64,000 nt of DNA from Phoronis australis. Lineage: Eukaryota > Animalia > Phoronida. The notes beneath the pieces were generated by a model that had not been told where the DNA came from, did no database searches, and saw only the letters and a program-made list of their open reading frames with translations. The stretch spans positions 623,250 to 687,249 of the forward strand of contig NMRA01000154.1 of assembly GCA_002633005.1 (NCBI GenBank), given 5' to 3'. This document shows, in pieces, positions 61,539 to 64,000 of the stretch; the stretch's first letter is position 1; the number at the start of each line of letters is the position of its first letter. Both the position numbers and the translations under genes were made by a program.

Positions 61539-64000
61539 TGTCAGAAAAAAAAACAAAATGTATGAGTATTGCCTCAGAGCAACATCATATTAGAAGTGAC
61601 CTTGAACTTAATCTGGGTATTTCGGGTGCTCAGCTCAAACAGGTTGACAGTGAAAAGTTATTGGATGGCACTTAGTTGGTCTAATTATGTTGATGCACTG
61701 TTTTATTTTGTAGTGCGTAAGGTTACGTATACTACGTGTGTGAATTGGCTAAAGCTTCTCATATGACGTTCCGGTAGATCCGACCTTCTTGACATGAATG
61801 GTAACGGTTACAACGCTAACGATTCTTTGTTGTGAATAAACTATCATATCCGACTATCCCGTGTGTTCAATGCCCATGGCTCCTACATACAGTTTCAAAT
61901 GAATGCTCAAGAGACTTCCAAGAGTTTTGATATGAATCCAGGAACAGTGGACGAGTTACACAATGCCCCCTATCAACAACAATACCGTGAATAGGGAGCC
62001 AACCGAGCGTGACCTAAGAGCCACCCAACGAGCGAGGAAAGCTGAACTGCGAATTAAGCAAAACATTCTGAAACGACAACAAGAGTTGGTTTTAGAAGAA
62101 CTACGTTTGGATGCACTGACGCAAGATCGAGGATAGTATGATATGTTTCAAGCGTCAGGCCTTCGGAGATTCACGCTGAGTTAGCTGAATTGGAAGCCGG
62201 GTTCGATGATGTTAGTGAGCTGCATACCCCCTTATACATCGTCTTCTCCCGCATTGGCGCCACTTGTTACACTTGTTACTATCCGCCGGCTGTATCCGTC
62301 GCTCCCGCATTAGCGCCACCTTTTGTGAACTCTCGCTATTTTATGCCAAGCGCCGAGAGCCGCATTCGGGTATTTTGGACTTCGTTGTTAGAAAGACCTT
62401 GCCTACACCTGAGATAAAGAAATTCAACGGGGATGCAGACCAGTACCGTCAGTTCATCAAGGCGTTTGAAGTTCGCGTAGAAAGCAAGCTGGATTCCGAG
62501 ATTGACGGATAAACTTTATTATCGAGCAGTATACCTCAGGAGATGCGAACTTGTGCGAAGCTGTTTACATATGCCAACGGACAATGGGTATTCTGAACCC
62601 GAACGGCTCTTAGAGCAACAATATGGCAATAGTTTTGTTGTGGCAACAGCATACGTTCAAAACCTGTTGGAGTTTTTTCGGATCCCAAGAGAAGATTCTG
62701 TGCCAATTTCCCGTTTTTCAATTGCTCTAAAGACTGCTTATAACGCCTTGAAAGACATTAATCAGTTAATCCAACTTGACCATCCCAAAAATCTTCAAGA
62801 ACTCATGTCAAAACTGCTTGCGCCTATGCAAAATAGATGGCGGCGCGAGGCCAGTAAGATTCGCAGCAGATTTGCTCGTCACGAGTGACGGTTACGTGAC
62901 ATTCGAGGATTTTTTGAACTTTGTTTGTGATGAGTCCTTCATCTTTTCTGACCCAGTATTCGGTAAGCGACCAAGTGGTAAATTAGAGGTGAACATTACT
63001 CAGCATCAAACTGTCTCTTGCATTTACTGTAACGGCAACCATCGCGTAGATGTTTGTAACGCTTTGTGTGCGAAACCTTACGAGGAAAGACGACAATTTG
63101 TGATTGAACGGAAATTATGTTTCGGATGTTTAAAACCCGGACATTCTTCGAAAATTGTAGATCAAAGGACAATGCAAAAAATGCAACAAACGACACCCAA
63201 CCATTATGCACATCGACGGGTTTGAAGTTCCCAAGCGCCAACCCGCAGCAGCCAAACAGAACAAGCGACAAGATCATGATACCCAACAAGAACACCGAGA
63301 TGCAACCACAAACACAGAATTAAGTGATCGTGGTGGTGATCGCAGGGGTACATTCGTCATTACATCACACAACACTACACTTATGATGCCGATCATACCT
63401 GTGCGTATCAAGAAGGCGAATTCCGAAGATAGCATCGTCACCTATGCCTTCCTTGACAATGGTTCATCAGGCTGTTTTGCGACAAATGATCTGTTAAGTC
63501 AATTCAATTTGAATGGTGTGCCGAGCAGGCTTCAGCTCACAACCATGCACGGACAATCAGAGGTTGAAACGGAGGCAGATGATTTGACTGGCCTGAACGT
63601 TATAAACCTCCCTGTTGTATACGCCCACTTCAAGATTACTGTATCTAGAGAAGGAATTCCCACCGCTCAAGATGTGGTCAACTGGTCTTACTTACGTCAT
63701 ATAGACATTCCAGATGACCACTCTGATGTTGACATCGGCCTTCTTATCGGCAGTAACTGCGCCAAGGCGACTGAACCACTACAGGTTGTGCCAGGCAGAG
63801 ACGGTGGCCCTACGCCGTGTTGACTCGACTCGGGTGGCTGATCATCGGCCCCGTTTCCATAGCACTGCAGAACTTGTCAACGCGTGTTATTTCGTGCAAC
63901 TATGTGTTTATGACGGAAAACCCAACCACAGAAATGTTTAGACAACTGTCAATATTCGACCAAATGAAGGAAGTCAGTCAAACCCAGCTCCTTCAGAAAT
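61539..64000 (+). mobile_element. Degenerate Bel/Pao LTR retrotransposon, 5' part (gag and aspartic protease); continues beyond window
   Basis: Frameshifted ORFs with EIKKFNGD..QYRQFIKAFE, LLEQQYGN, zinc knuckles CIYCNGNH...C and LCFGCLKPGH, protease YAFLDNGSS, DIGLLIGSNC..A.EP. Possible short LTR TGTCA...TGACA at 61539-61649 (weak). Confidence 0.85.

Overview
Eukaryotic, intron-rich animal DNA, probably from an invertebrate (lophotrochozoan-like by gene content; species not determinable), from a draft assembly with contig joins. In order: (1) the last coding exon of an ELL-family Pol II elongation factor (+, 673-825); (2) a 3-coding-exon type II membrane GH31 glycosidase-like gene related to MYORG/SITS-binding protein (-, 3026-7673, ~732 aa) that appears to lack its catalytic nucleophile; (3) a divergently transcribed 21-exon ZFR/Zn72D gene (+, 11047-34770, ~911 aa), with exons 8-10 duplicated across an N gap (probable assembly artefact); (4) a repeat-rich intergenic stretch with a decayed Gypsy element; (5) a ~1898-aa GRL101/LGR type C-like GPCR (CUB-like, C-type lectin, LDLa, LRR, 7TM) encoded by only two giant exons (-, 46850-61160); (6) a frameshifted Bel/Pao retrotransposon at the right edge. 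Several MITE families, minisatellites, Penelope and THAP remnants fill the introns. The best leads are the apparent GH31 pseudoenzyme, the two-exon lectin/CUB GPCR, and candidate regulatory elements in ZFR introns (a 16-nt stop-containing micro-exon and a 9-nt micro-exon with a long-range RNA duplex). All gene models were hand-spliced and checked for phase; no transcript or database evidence was available.
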